From: a virus
Lineage: Duplodnaviria; Caudoviricetes
Direction: 5' to 3' (one strand)
Virus record (IMG/VR): IMGVR_UViG_3300011339_000132
Location: 1-29,664 of that record
DNA length: 29,664 bases
The translations under genes and the position numbers were made by a program. Below, one piece after another: positions 8,969 to 16,881 of this stretch (position 1 is its first letter; each line of letters starts with the position of its first letter). Below the pieces are notes generated by a model. It was not told the DNA's origin, searched no databases, and saw only the letters and a list, made by a program, of their open reading frames with translations.

Positions 8969-10203
8969 CCCTGCCAATAATTAACGCCGTCATTAACTTT
9001 AGTACCGGGCCTAGCTTTGCTCAGGCTATGATTTTAGATAGCGGCATATTAGGCACCAATATTTTAGCCGATGCAGCTAGTGTTATTGTGGATGTATCTG
9101 ACGTAGTAGATAGTATTGAGACAAAGCGCGGGCGTAATCCTCAGGCTGACCAATTCCAAACCGGCACGCTTACTATGCGTATAGTTGACCAAAACGGCGA
9201 TTTCAACCCGCAAAACCCAAGTAGTCCTTATTACACCCTTTTAACTCCTATGCGTAAAGTGCAGATTACAGCTACTTACGGTGCAACCACTTATCCTATT
9301 TTTGCCGGTTTTATTACTAGCTATACAACCAGTACCCCTAAAAATGCCCTTGATGTGGTTTATACCACTATTACAGCCGTAGATGCTTTTAGACTTGCTC
9401 AAAATGCTCAGATAAGTACGGTAGCCGGCACGCCTGCGGGCCAGCTTAGCGGTGCAAGAATTAACGCTTTGTTAGATGCTATTAGTTGGCCGGCTACTAT
9501 GCGTGACGTGGATGCAGGGTTAACCACAATGCAGGCAGACCCAGGCACGGCCCGTACCGCCTTAGCTGCTATGCAGACTGTAGAGACTAGCGAGTATGGC
9601 GCTTTGTATGTAGATGCCGCTGGCTCGTTTGTATTTCAAGACCGTAACGTAACGGCAGGCAGTACAGGGGCTACACCCACAGTATTTAACGATGACGGCT
9701 CAGATATTGGCTATTTTAATGCGGTGTGGCGCCTTGACGATACGCTTGTTTATAACTCAGCCAGCATCACCCGCACAGGCGGCACGGCGCAAACAGCCAT
9801 AAACCAAGCCAGCATAGATAAGTATTTTATCCACAGCTATAACCAACAAAACCTACTAATGCAAACCGATGCCGTAGCCCTGGATTACGCTCAGGCATAC
9901 GTTGCATCTAGAGCTGAGACAAGTATTAGATGCGATGCGATACAGCTAGACCTTTATACCGATAATTACAATACTGGCATAATTGCCGCCTTAGACCTTG
10001 ATTACTTTGACCCAGTAACTATTACAACTAATCAACCTGGGGCATCAACGCTTACTAAGACTTTGCAGGTGTTTGGCGTGGCTCAAAGCATTACGCCTAA
10101 CAGCTGGAAAACAACACTCACCACTTTAGAGCCAATTATTGACGGCTTTATATTAGACTCAGCGATATACGGCTTGCTTGATAGCGGCGTATTAAGTTAT
10201 TAA
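8965..10203 (+). CDS. Tail tip / hub minor tail protein
   Basis: Follows tape measure; conserved throughout in B (23877-25124). Confidence 0.7.
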   Translation: MTLPIINAVINFSTGPSFAQAMILDSGILGTNILADAASVIVDVSDVVDSIETKRGRNPQADQFQTGTLTMRIVDQNGDFNPQNPSSPYYTLLTPMRKVQITATYGATTYPIFAGFITSYTTSTPKNALDVVYTTITAVDAFRLAQNAQISTVAGTPAGQLSGARINALLDAISWPATMRDVDAGLTTMQADPGTARTALAAMQTVETSEYGALYVDAAGSFVFQDRNVTAGSTGATPTVFNDDGSDIGYFNAVWRLDDTLVYNSASITRTGGTAQTAINQASIDKYFIHSYNQQNLLMQTDAVALDYAQAYVASRAETSIRCDAIQLDLYTDNYNTGIIAALDLDYFDPVTITTNQPGASTLTKTLQVFGVAQSITPNSWKTTLTTLEPIIDGFILDSAIYGLLDSGVLSY

Positions 10204-10214
10204 GGAGCAATAAA

Positions 10215-11543
10215 ATGGCAGCTGGATTAGGGTTTAAGACCTTTACTACTGGCGAAGTACTAACGGCAGCTGATACTAACGGCTATCTAATGCAGGGCGT
10301 GTTAGTTTTTGCCTCAGCCGCAGCTAGAGATGCAGCTATCACCTCACCGCAAGAAGGCCAATGCTGTTATTTAAAAGACACCGATGCGGTGTTAACTTAT
10401 TCAGGTTCAGCCTGGGTTGGCTTTGACGATAGCAACGCTATTCAGAATACAATCGTCGATGCAAAGGGCGATTTAATTACTGCAACCGCAGCAGATACAC
10501 CAGCTCGCCTAGCAGTAGGCAATAACGGCGAAACTCTTGTAGCCGATAGTGCCGCCACAACAGGCTTGCGATATAGCGCAACACCAAGTGCGAGCAATCC
10601 AATTCTCAATTCTGCTTATCAAGTAGCACAACGAGGTACTTCTTTTACTATTGCTTCCTCTACTGCAACTTATACGCTAGACCGCTGGCAGGCTTATCGC
10701 ACTGCAACGGGTATGACAGTTACCCAACAAAATACAGGCGATACAACTAATCTGCCTTTTATTCAAAAGTGTGTGCGTTTAGCGCGTGATTCAGGTACTA
10801 CTTCAACTGCTGCAATTCAATATATTCAAACTATGGAAAGCGTTAATTCAATTCCTTTTGCTGGAAAAACAATAACCTTGTCTTTCTATGCTAGAGCAGG
10901 AGCAAACTATTCTCCTACTTCTTCCGCTTTGTTGGTATATCTACAAACTGGAACAGGTACTGACCAAAATTACATAAACGGATTTACAGGTGCGACTAAT
11001 ATAGTCAGCGGCTCAACAGCCACTCTTACAACAACTTGGCAGCGATTTACATTTACTGCAACAGTTGGCGCAACTGCCACTCAGTTGGCAATGGCTCTAA
11101 ATATGAATCCGACTGGTACTGCTGGTGCTAATGACTATTGTGAAGTGACTGGCTGGCAAATTGATGTCGGCAGCGTGGCACTACCTTTTAGAACCTATGC
11201 CGCTACTATCCAAGGGGAATTAGCCGCTTGCCAGCGTTACTATCAAATAGTTCATTCTTTCACAGGTAACGCCTCAACCACTACACAAATCCACGCACCT
11301 CTTAATTTCGTAATGCCTATGCGTACATCTCCTAGTGTTGCTGGTTCGGCTGCTCTGTATGTTTCAGATGGCACAAATGACTTTCAGCAATCATCAACAA
11401 GTGTGGCCTTTGTTAATGGCAACAGAGTAACATCTCAAAACTGCCAATTAGTTATGACAAACTTTACGGGTATGACGCAATGGCGTAGTTATATGCAGGT
11501 TTCAACTGCTGGTGGCGATATTCAACTAAGTGCGGAGTTATAA
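10215..11543 (+). CDS. Tail fibre / receptor-binding protein with carbohydrate-binding-like C-terminal region
   Basis: About 120 N-terminal aa shared with B; then DRW, GKTITLSFYAR, LTTTWQRF and ELAACQRYY motifs typical of phage fibre beta-sandwich modules. Confidence 0.75.
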   Translation: MAAGLGFKTFTTGEVLTAADTNGYLMQGVLVFASAAARDAAITSPQEGQCCYLKDTDAVLTYSGSAWVGFDDSNAIQNTIVDAKGDLITATAADTPARLAVGNNGETLVADSAATTGLRYSATPSASNPILNSAYQVAQRGTSFTIASSTATYTLDRWQAYRTATGMTVTQQNTGDTTNLPFIQKCVRLARDSGTTSTAAIQYIQTMESVNSIPFAGKTITLSFYARAGANYSPTSSALLVYLQTGTGTDQNYINGFTGATNIVSGSTATLTTTWQRFTFTATVGATATQLAMALNMNPTGTAGANDYCEVTGWQIDVGSVALPFRTYAATIQGELAACQRYYQIVHSFTGNASTTTQIHAPLNFVMPMRTSPSVAGSAALYVSDGTNDFQQSSTSVAFVNGNRVTSQNCQLVMTNFTGMTQWRSYMQVSTAGGDIQLSAEL

Positions 11544-11544
11544 A

Positions 11545-11715
11545 ATGATTAAATATGAAATCAGAAAAGATGAAGAAGGCAACGACCTACTTTTCAAGAT
11601 TGAAGAAAACGGCAAGGAGTGGTCAGTACCTATGATTGACGGCAATTCTGACTATGCTGCATACCTCAATCCAGAAGCGGCACTATCCACACCAATAGTA
11701 AGCGATGCAGACTAG
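11545..11715 (+). CDS. Small acidic protein, putative fibre chaperone
   Basis: Follows the RBP; SD GGAG before ATG 11545; NSDYAAYL motif. Confidence 0.6.
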   Translation: MIKYEIRKDEEGNDLLFKIEENGKEWSVPMIDGNSDYAAYLNPEAALSTPIVSDAD

Positions 11716-12172
11716 CTACAACGGCTGGCCGGCATCTAAAGACCAGGCCGAAATAGGCATAAAAACCTATACAGTAGAGGGCACAAGCCTAAAGCTGCGT
11801 TGCGCCGAAAAGGTAGCGCCGTTACTTATTAACTTTGCTAAAGAGTTTAACGAGCTAATAGAGCCGTTAGAAGGCGGGGCGCTAGATGACTGGGGCTACT
11901 GTTACCGTATGGTGCGGGGTACTACCGACAAACTGAGTAACCACAGTAGCGGCACAGCTATAGACCTAAACGCAACTAAACACCCGCTTGCTAAAGTAGG
12001 TACGTTTGAAGCTGGCAAAGTGCCAATGATTAGAGCTTTAGCTAAAAAATACGGCCTCACTTGGGGCGGGGATTACAAAAACCGTAAAGATGAAATGCAC
12101 TTTGAAATAGCTTTAAGCCCTGAAAAGGTCAGGGCGTTAATTACAAAGTTAGGATTAGATGATGCCAACTAG
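11705..12172 (+). CDS. Endolysin, M15-family Zn peptidase
   Basis: R...SNHSSGTAID and WGGDY...DEMHFE motifs. Confidence 0.88.
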   Translation: MQTSYNGWPASKDQAEIGIKTYTVEGTSLKLRCAEKVAPLLINFAKEFNELIEPLEGGALDDWGYCYRMVRGTTDKLSNHSSGTAIDLNATKHPLAKVGTFEAGKVPMIRALAKKYGLTWGGDYKNRKDEMHFEIALSPEKVRALITKLGLDDAN

Positions 12173-12419
12173 CGCACAGGTAAGCGTAGGTACAACACCA
12201 ACACTTTTGGTAGCCTCAACAGGCTTTGACCAAACCGTATGGCTGCACAATTCAGGCGGCGGTATTGTGTATTTAGGCGATAGCAGCGTTACAACGGCAA
12301 ACGGCTATAAATTGGATAACGGCGATAAAATGCAGCTTTTAGTAGGTGACCACGAAGGGCTTTATGCCATTACAGCGGCGGGTACTAATACCGTTGGTGT
12401 ACTTAAACAAATAAACTAA
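12159..12419 (+). CDS. Hypothetical small beta-rich protein in the lysis region
   Basis: Overlaps lysin stop; no counterpart in B. Confidence 0.7.
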   Translation: MMPTSAQVSVGTTPTLLVASTGFDQTVWLHNSGGGIVYLGDSSVTTANGYKLDNGDKMQLLVGDHEGLYAITAAGTNTVGVLKQIN

Positions 12420-12436
12420 GGGCACTAAGGAGCAAA

Positions 12437-12628
12437 ATGAATAAAGAGCAACTAAAGGCCGCTGGCCTATCCTACCTACGTGCGGCCCTATCGTGCGTGG
12501 GTGCGCTGTACCTTTCAGGTATTACAGACCCTAAGATATTAGCTAATGCTTTTATTGCAGGCCTTATCGGCCCACTATTAAAAGCTGCTGACCCTAAAAA
12601 CGGTGAGTTTGGCGTAAAGGCCAAGTAA
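12437..12628 (+). CDS. Putative holin
   Basis: SD AAGGAG, 63 aa, two hydrophobic segments, basic C-terminus. Confidence 0.65.
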   Translation: MNKEQLKAAGLSYLRAALSCVGALYLSGITDPKILANAFIAGLIGPLLKAADPKNGEFGVKAK

Positions 12629-12843
12629 TGACACAAGCCCAGGCATATATGGCGTTGTTATTGGGGATAGCCACGCTCGCAACTTTTATGGCTGGGCTTG
12701 TTAGGCACCTTGTTAAATATTATCTAGCTGAGCTGCGCCCTGACGGCAACGGGGGGCATAACCTTGTAGGGCGTGTTGAGCGTATCGAGGTGCGAGTAGA
12801 TAAAATCTACGAAATGCTCATAGAGGACAGATTAGCTAAGTAG
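12628..12843 (+). CDS. Single-TM membrane protein with coiled-coil tail (lysis accessory)
   Basis: TAATG coupling; RVDKIY motif shared with B 26725-26874 (RVDEIY). Confidence 0.65.
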   Translation: MTQAQAYMALLLGIATLATFMAGLVRHLVKYYLAELRPDGNGGHNLVGRVERIEVRVDKIYEMLIEDRLAK

Positions 12844-12917
12844 GGCGTGTCGCGTTGCCTTATGTCGGTGGGTAGGTTCATACTTTAACTACACGCTGAG
12901 AGGGCTACTCAGGTAGT
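12844..12917 (+). promoter_or_regulatory. Putative early promoter with inverted GACACGCC box and 5' leader hairpin
   Basis: GGCGTGTC 12844-12851; TTGCCT-N18-CATACT; hairpin ACTAC..CTGAG-AGGGCTA-CTCAG-GTAGT at 12888-12917. Confidence 0.6.
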
Positions 12918-12947
12918 AGCTTTATCGGCCTTAACAAAGGGCGAATA

Positions 12948-13109
12948 ATGAATAGTTTAGACTTAATTGTAGTAGGTATGGTTTGCCTGTTTATGGGCTT
13001 GTTTATTTATGCAGCTTATGAAATGGGTTACAAAGTTGGCTTAGGTGAAGGTTACCTACGTGGCCGTAATATCGCTAAGGCGTTACGCGAAAGCGAGGCT
13101 GCTAAATGA
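12948..13109 (+). CDS. 53-aa membrane-anchored early protein
   Basis: N-terminal TM then GLGEGYLRGR; ATGA overlap with next gene; positional homologue at 27982-28143. Confidence 0.75.
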   Translation: MNSLDLIVVGMVCLFMGLFIYAAYEMGYKVGLGEGYLRGRNIAKALRESEAAK

Positions 13110-13708
13110 GTAACTTTCTTGAAGGATACGAGGACGTCAACGCCAGGATTATTAGAGCACGGGCTGAATATCCCACTTTGCGCTTAGTTGCCTATATTGA
13201 AGATATAGATATAACAAAAGGTTATATTCTTGTTAAAGCTGAGGCCTACAAAGAGTACGAAGACCATTTACCTAGCGCTGTTGATTATGCGTTTGAGATG
13301 CGCAGCGATAGAGGCGTGAACCTGCATTTTTGGGTAGAAAACGCGGTAACCAGCGCTTATGGGCGCGTTATAGGCCTGTTAACACCTGGCGGCATAGCTC
13401 GTAGCACTAAACAAGATATGGAAAAGGTAGAAGCATTAAGCGCTAAAGATGTTGCACCAGCTAGTGAGGATTTATGGGCTACGACACCGGTAGCGCAGAC
13501 CATAGAGGCAGTTAAAAATGAGCTAGGAGGTGTTTACCTACAAGGCAAGCCGGAGTGCATCCACGGCGCCCGTGTGTGGCGGGAAGGATTCTCCACTAAG
13601 ACCAACAAAAAATGGGGCAATTACAGCTGCACAGAAAAGAGCAAAGCATCACAATGTGAGCCAGTTTGGTATATGCAAACCTCTACAGGTTGGGCGCCCC
13701 AGGTATGA
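13106..13708 (+). CDS. Rad52/Sak-like ssDNA annealing protein with C-terminal Zn finger
   Basis: ENAVTSAYGR motif; C-terminal CxHG...C...C. Confidence 0.65.
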   Translation: MSNFLEGYEDVNARIIRARAEYPTLRLVAYIEDIDITKGYILVKAEAYKEYEDHLPSAVDYAFEMRSDRGVNLHFWVENAVTSAYGRVIGLLTPGGIARSTKQDMEKVEALSAKDVAPASEDLWATTPVAQTIEAVKNELGGVYLQGKPECIHGARVWREGFSTKTNKKWGNYSCTEKSKASQCEPVWYMQTSTGWAPQV

Positions 13709-13896
13709 GCGATAGATACGAGCTAATTAACTTGCAGACTATGACGGGCAAACTCTTCATAGAGGGTGAGCTTGCAGCTGAGTACAAAGTAGAAACGTGC
13801 GACAGATGCGCAAAAGTTAGCCAATTAGACCAGTTTGGTTATCAAAAGTCAGACCCGGTTGAAAACGTTATATGGTTTTGCAAGGATTGTAGGTAA
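13705..13896 (+). CDS. Small Zn-ribbon protein
   Basis: CDRC...CKDC; start moved to ATG 13705 (ATGA overlap). Confidence 0.7.
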   Translation: MSDRYELINLQTMTGKLFIEGELAAEYKVETCDRCAKVSQLDQFGYQKSDPVENVIWFCKDCR

Positions 13897-14312
13897 TGAG
13901 CGTATCTAAGTCCGATTGGGATTTAGATTTAAGATATGGCCAGGACGGCGAAGAGTCGGTACGGCGTTTACTTACGATAGACACCGTAGAGGTCAAACGT
14001 GATAGGCGCTGGAAAGAGACGGGTAACCTCTACATAGAGACGTCTTGCTATTACGTCAATGACGGGGCTTTCAAGCCCTCAGGCGTGTCAGTATCTAAAG
14101 CTACGCATTTTGCCTTTGTTATAGAGGATTTAACTATCCTTGTATCCAAATCTGACCTTATCAACACGGTAAAAGAATACGGCAGAAATATCAGCTGTAA
14201 GATTGAGCCTAACGTCTCTTTTGGTTACCTTATTACTATTGATTCATTACTTAAATGGCAGTTAGAAAAGGCTGAAAGATTGGATTTTATCTATGGACAG
14301 TATCCGCTTTGA
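13896..14312 (+). CDS. PD-(D/E)XK-like nuclease-fold protein
   Basis: GQDGE...TVEVKRD...TGNLYIE pattern. Confidence 0.55.
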   Translation: MSVSKSDWDLDLRYGQDGEESVRRLLTIDTVEVKRDRRWKETGNLYIETSCYYVNDGAFKPSGVSVSKATHFAFVIEDLTILVSKSDLINTVKEYGRNISCKIEPNVSFGYLITIDSLLKWQLEKAERLDFIYGQYPL

Positions 14313-14451
14313 GTGTCGCAGCTGTAAAAAGATAACTGAGCAGCTAGAGCGCATAGTTACCGATAACCTGCCGCCTAACGTAAAGGTCTTACAATGCAAG
14401 GTATGTAGCAAAATGAGCGTATGCCTGTTGGTTACTTATGCCGATGTATGA
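14293..14451 (+). CDS. 52-aa Zn-ribbon protein
   Basis: MDSIRFECRSC...LQCKVC, overlapping its neighbours; not in the supplied track. Confidence 0.7.
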   Translation: MDSIRFECRSCKKITEQLERIVTDNLPPNVKVLQCKVCSKMSVCLLVTYADV

Positions 14452-14605
14452 GTATGAGTGCATAAGCTGCAGTATGCGCGTAGAGCTACAACGCTCAGTA
14501 CACGATGAAAGCGAGCCGTTATGCTGTGGCGTGACTATGCGCCAAATCTATGGCTCAATAGGTACCATATTTAAAGGCACCGGTTGGGGTAAAAATGCTA
14601 AATAG
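14438..14605 (+). CDS. FmdB-family Zn-ribbon protein (55 aa)
   Basis: MPMYEYECISC start and FKGTGW end are characteristic of this family. Confidence 0.8.
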   Translation: MPMYEYECISCSMRVELQRSVHDESEPLCCGVTMRQIYGSIGTIFKGTGWGKNAK

Positions 14606-15101
14606 TTATCCACAGAGGTTATCCACAGGGTTAAATAACTGTGGAGACACGCCCAAGACTACGCTTAAAGTTGCATTTCGTTTGACATCGTTGGTACGCT
14701 GGTACCGCGCAGGCGAGCCGCTGAGGCGTAGCTCAGCCAAGCGCTATCAGCTAACGCCACACTTATGCTTATTGCTAAGCCTATTACAAATATTTAACGT
14801 GCAAAGCGCAAGTGCATATGACCCAAACGTAGAAAGCTATAAGTTATATGCTCATATGAAGCTACTCAATGATAAGCAATATAGATGCCTGGTAACGCTA
14901 TGGCGTTTAGAGAGTAACTGGTCACCAACGGCTAAGAATCCTAAAAGTAGTGCGTTCGGCATACCTCAACTATTAAAGATGACTGAGACTAATCCATATA
15001 AACAGATAGACTTAGGCATTAAATATATTACTCATCATAAGCTGTATAAAGGTGATACGTGCAAAGCGTTAGATAGGCACAAGAAGGTAGGGCATTACTA
15101 A
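14595..15101 (+). CDS. Lytic transglycosylase (SLT / lysozyme-like); true start probably downstream of ~14700
   Basis: CLVTLWRLESNW...SSAFGIPQ...NPYKQIDLGIKYI motifs; hydrophobic signal-like segment ending ASA. Confidence 0.8.
   Translation: MLNSYPQRLSTGLNNCGDTPKTTLKVAFRLTSLVRWYRAGEPLRRSSAKRYQLTPHLCLLLSLLQIFNVQSASAYDPNVESYKLYAHMKLLNDKQYRCLVTLWRLESNWSPTAKNPKSSAFGIPQLLKMTETNPYKQIDLGIKYITHHKLYKGDTCKALDRHKKVGHY
14606..14648 (+). promoter_or_regulatory. DnaA-box cluster, putative replication origin
   Basis: Perfect TTATCCACA at 14606-14614 and 14619-14627; degenerate inverted box TGTGGAGAC at 14640-14648. Confidence 0.75.
14646..14700 (+). promoter_or_regulatory. Putative late promoter with GACACGCC box
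   Basis: GACACGCC 14646-14653; TTGCAT-N18-TACGCT. Confidence 0.5.
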
Positions 15102-15439
15102 TGGCTAATCGCGGTGACCCCAGGCTAAAGCGTGCATATCGTGACGGCTTTCGCACTAAGATACTGCAGCGCGACGGGTACGTATGCTTCTACTGTGGCC
15201 AAGATGCAGACCAGGTTGACCACGTAATCCCAATATCTAAAGCGCCTGAGCTAGTAGTAAGTGCCGATAACGCTGTTGCCTGTTGCAAGCGTTGTAACAC
15301 ACGTAAGGGTAATAGGTCACAGGGCGTTTTTTTAGCCACGACTGCTACCCCCCCTGTCTTTTCAGGACGTATATACCCGATGCAGTCCGAGCCGATGCTG
15401 GACAGTCCTTTTACAGTCCGACCTAGTCCGAGTCAATGA
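15101..15439 (+). CDS. HNH endonuclease (packaging-associated), probably chimeric A/B across the junction
   Basis: RDGYVCFYCG, DHVIP, CCKRCNTRKG; ATGA overlap with terL. Confidence 0.9.
   Translation: MANRGDPRLKRAYRDGFRTKILQRDGYVCFYCGQDADQVDHVIPISKAPELVVSADNAVACCKRCNTRKGNRSQGVFLATTATPPVFSGRIYPMQSEPMLDSPFTVRPSPSQ
15321..15434. other. Putative cos / packaging region and A-B junction
   Basis: T7 run, C7 run (15348-15354), TGTCTTTTC, then phased AGTCC repeats, directly upstream of terL. The exact cut site is not determinable here. Confidence 0.5.
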
Positions 15440-16881
15440 CAACTAAGACCAAAAAGACCCAGCCGTTGCGAGGGGCAACGCAACCGAGGGTTCATTCACC
15501 ATTTCTCAAAGGCAAAACTAGAGCTGGTGAAGTAATTGAAATGATTGAGCGTCTAAAAATGGACAAGCTCATGCCATATCAGGAGTTCGTCTTAAAACAG
15601 ATGATGATGGTGGATAAAAAAGACCAGTATCGAATCAAGACGGCTCTGTTGCTTATTGCGCGTCAGAATGGTAAGTCTCATCTAGGCAGAGTGCGTGTTA
15701 TCTGGGGCATGTTTTATGGTGGCGAAAAGAAGCACATCATCATGTCCTCAAACCGAGCTACTGCTCTTATGACCTTTAGAGAAATTGCATGGATCATAGA
15801 ATCAACGCCGGAATTAAAGGCAATGACTAAAGCAGTGCGTTATGCCAACGGTGGTGAGCGAATAGAGCTGCTCAATGGCGCAACGCTTGACTTAGTATCA
15901 GATACGAGAGATTCAGCGCGTGGTCGAACTGCTGACTTCTTGTGGATTGATGAAGTGCGTGAAATATCTGAGGACGGCTATAAAGCGGCTATTCCAACTA
16001 CTCGCGCTAGAGCTAACGCTCAGACATTCTTGACATCAAATGCCGGTGATGCATTCTCAACAGTTCTCAATGGGCTTGTCGAACGCGCTAAGGATTATCC
16101 TCCAGAAACCTTTGGCTATTATGAGTATTCCGCACCGCAGTATTGCAAGATAGACATCAGATTAGAAGCATTTTGGCGAGATGCAGTAGCACCCAGTAAT
16201 CCTGCACTGGGTTACACAGTCACTAAAGAGTCAATCGAAGAAGCAATCGCAACTGCTCCTATTGAGACCACTCGAACCGAGACTTTATGCCAGTGGATTG
16301 ATTCATTACAAAGCCCGTGGCCACATGGCATTCTAGAGGAGACTAGCGACAATACTTTGGAAATAGCAGTTGGGGCTTATACTGTATTCGGTTTCGATGT
16401 CAGTCCTTCTAGAAGGAATGCATCTTTAGTCGCTGGACAATTACTTCCAGATGGGAGGATTGGCATTGGAATCATGGAGACTTGGACTTCTCAGGTCGCA
16501 GTTGATGATCTAAAAATTGCAGCAGCTATAAAAGGCTGGTGTGACCTTTACAAACCGCGTTTAGTCTGCTACGACAAGTACGCAACTCAATCCATTGCCG
16601 ATAGGCTTAAGCAGGCCGGAGTAATGACCGAGGATGTCTCAGGCCAGCAGTTCTATCAAGCTTGTGGGGATTTACTGACTGGATTGGTAACGCATAAGGT
16701 CGTTCATAATGGTCAGGCGGAATTGATCCAGCAGATGAATAACTGTGCAGCTAAGGTCAATGATTCGGCTTGGAGAATTATTAAGAGAAAGTCAGCGGGT
16801 GACATTTCTGCCCCAATCGGTTTGGCAATGGTCGTAAGCAAGTTAATGCTTCCAGCCCCTAAGCCACAAATCGTTGCCTAG
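15436..16881 (+). CDS. terL: Terminase large subunit
   Basis: ARQNGKS Walker A, FLWIDE Walker B; homologous to 30-1448. Confidence 0.95.
   Translation: MTTKTKKTQPLRGATQPRVHSPFLKGKTRAGEVIEMIERLKMDKLMPYQEFVLKQMMMVDKKDQYRIKTALLLIARQNGKSHLGRVRVIWGMFYGGEKKHIIMSSNRATALMTFREIAWIIESTPELKAMTKAVRYANGGERIELLNGATLDLVSDTRDSARGRTADFLWIDEVREISEDGYKAAIPTTRARANAQTFLTSNAGDAFSTVLNGLVERAKDYPPETFGYYEYSAPQYCKIDIRLEAFWRDAVAPSNPALGYTVTKESIEEAIATAPIETTRTETLCQWIDSLQSPWPHGILEETSDNTLEIAVGAYTVFGFDVSPSRRNASLVAGQLLPDGRIGIGIMETWTSQVAVDDLKIAAAIKGWCDLYKPRLVCYDKYATQSIADRLKQAGVMTEDVSGQQFYQACGDLLTGLVTHKVVHNGQAELIQQMNNCAAKVNDSAWRIIKRKSAGDISAPIGLAMVVSKLMLPAPKPQIVA

Larger units (their letters stand above)
1..15354 (+). mobile_element. 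Miniature siphovirus genome A (~15.4 kb, HK97-like head, non-contractile tail)
   Basis: Full ordered set of packaging, head, tail, lysis and early genes. The terL starts at 30 and 15436 are 15,406 bp apart. The right boundary is inferred at the putative cos site. Confidence 0.92.

Noticed and set aside
10215-11543. Diversity-generating retroelement or invertase shufflon acting on the fibre
   Set aside because: No reverse transcriptase, template repeat, invertase or inverted alternative C-terminus found.
14595-14700. N-terminal extension of the transglycosylase ORF
   Set aside because: It overlaps the DnaA boxes and putative promoter and is unlikely to be translated.
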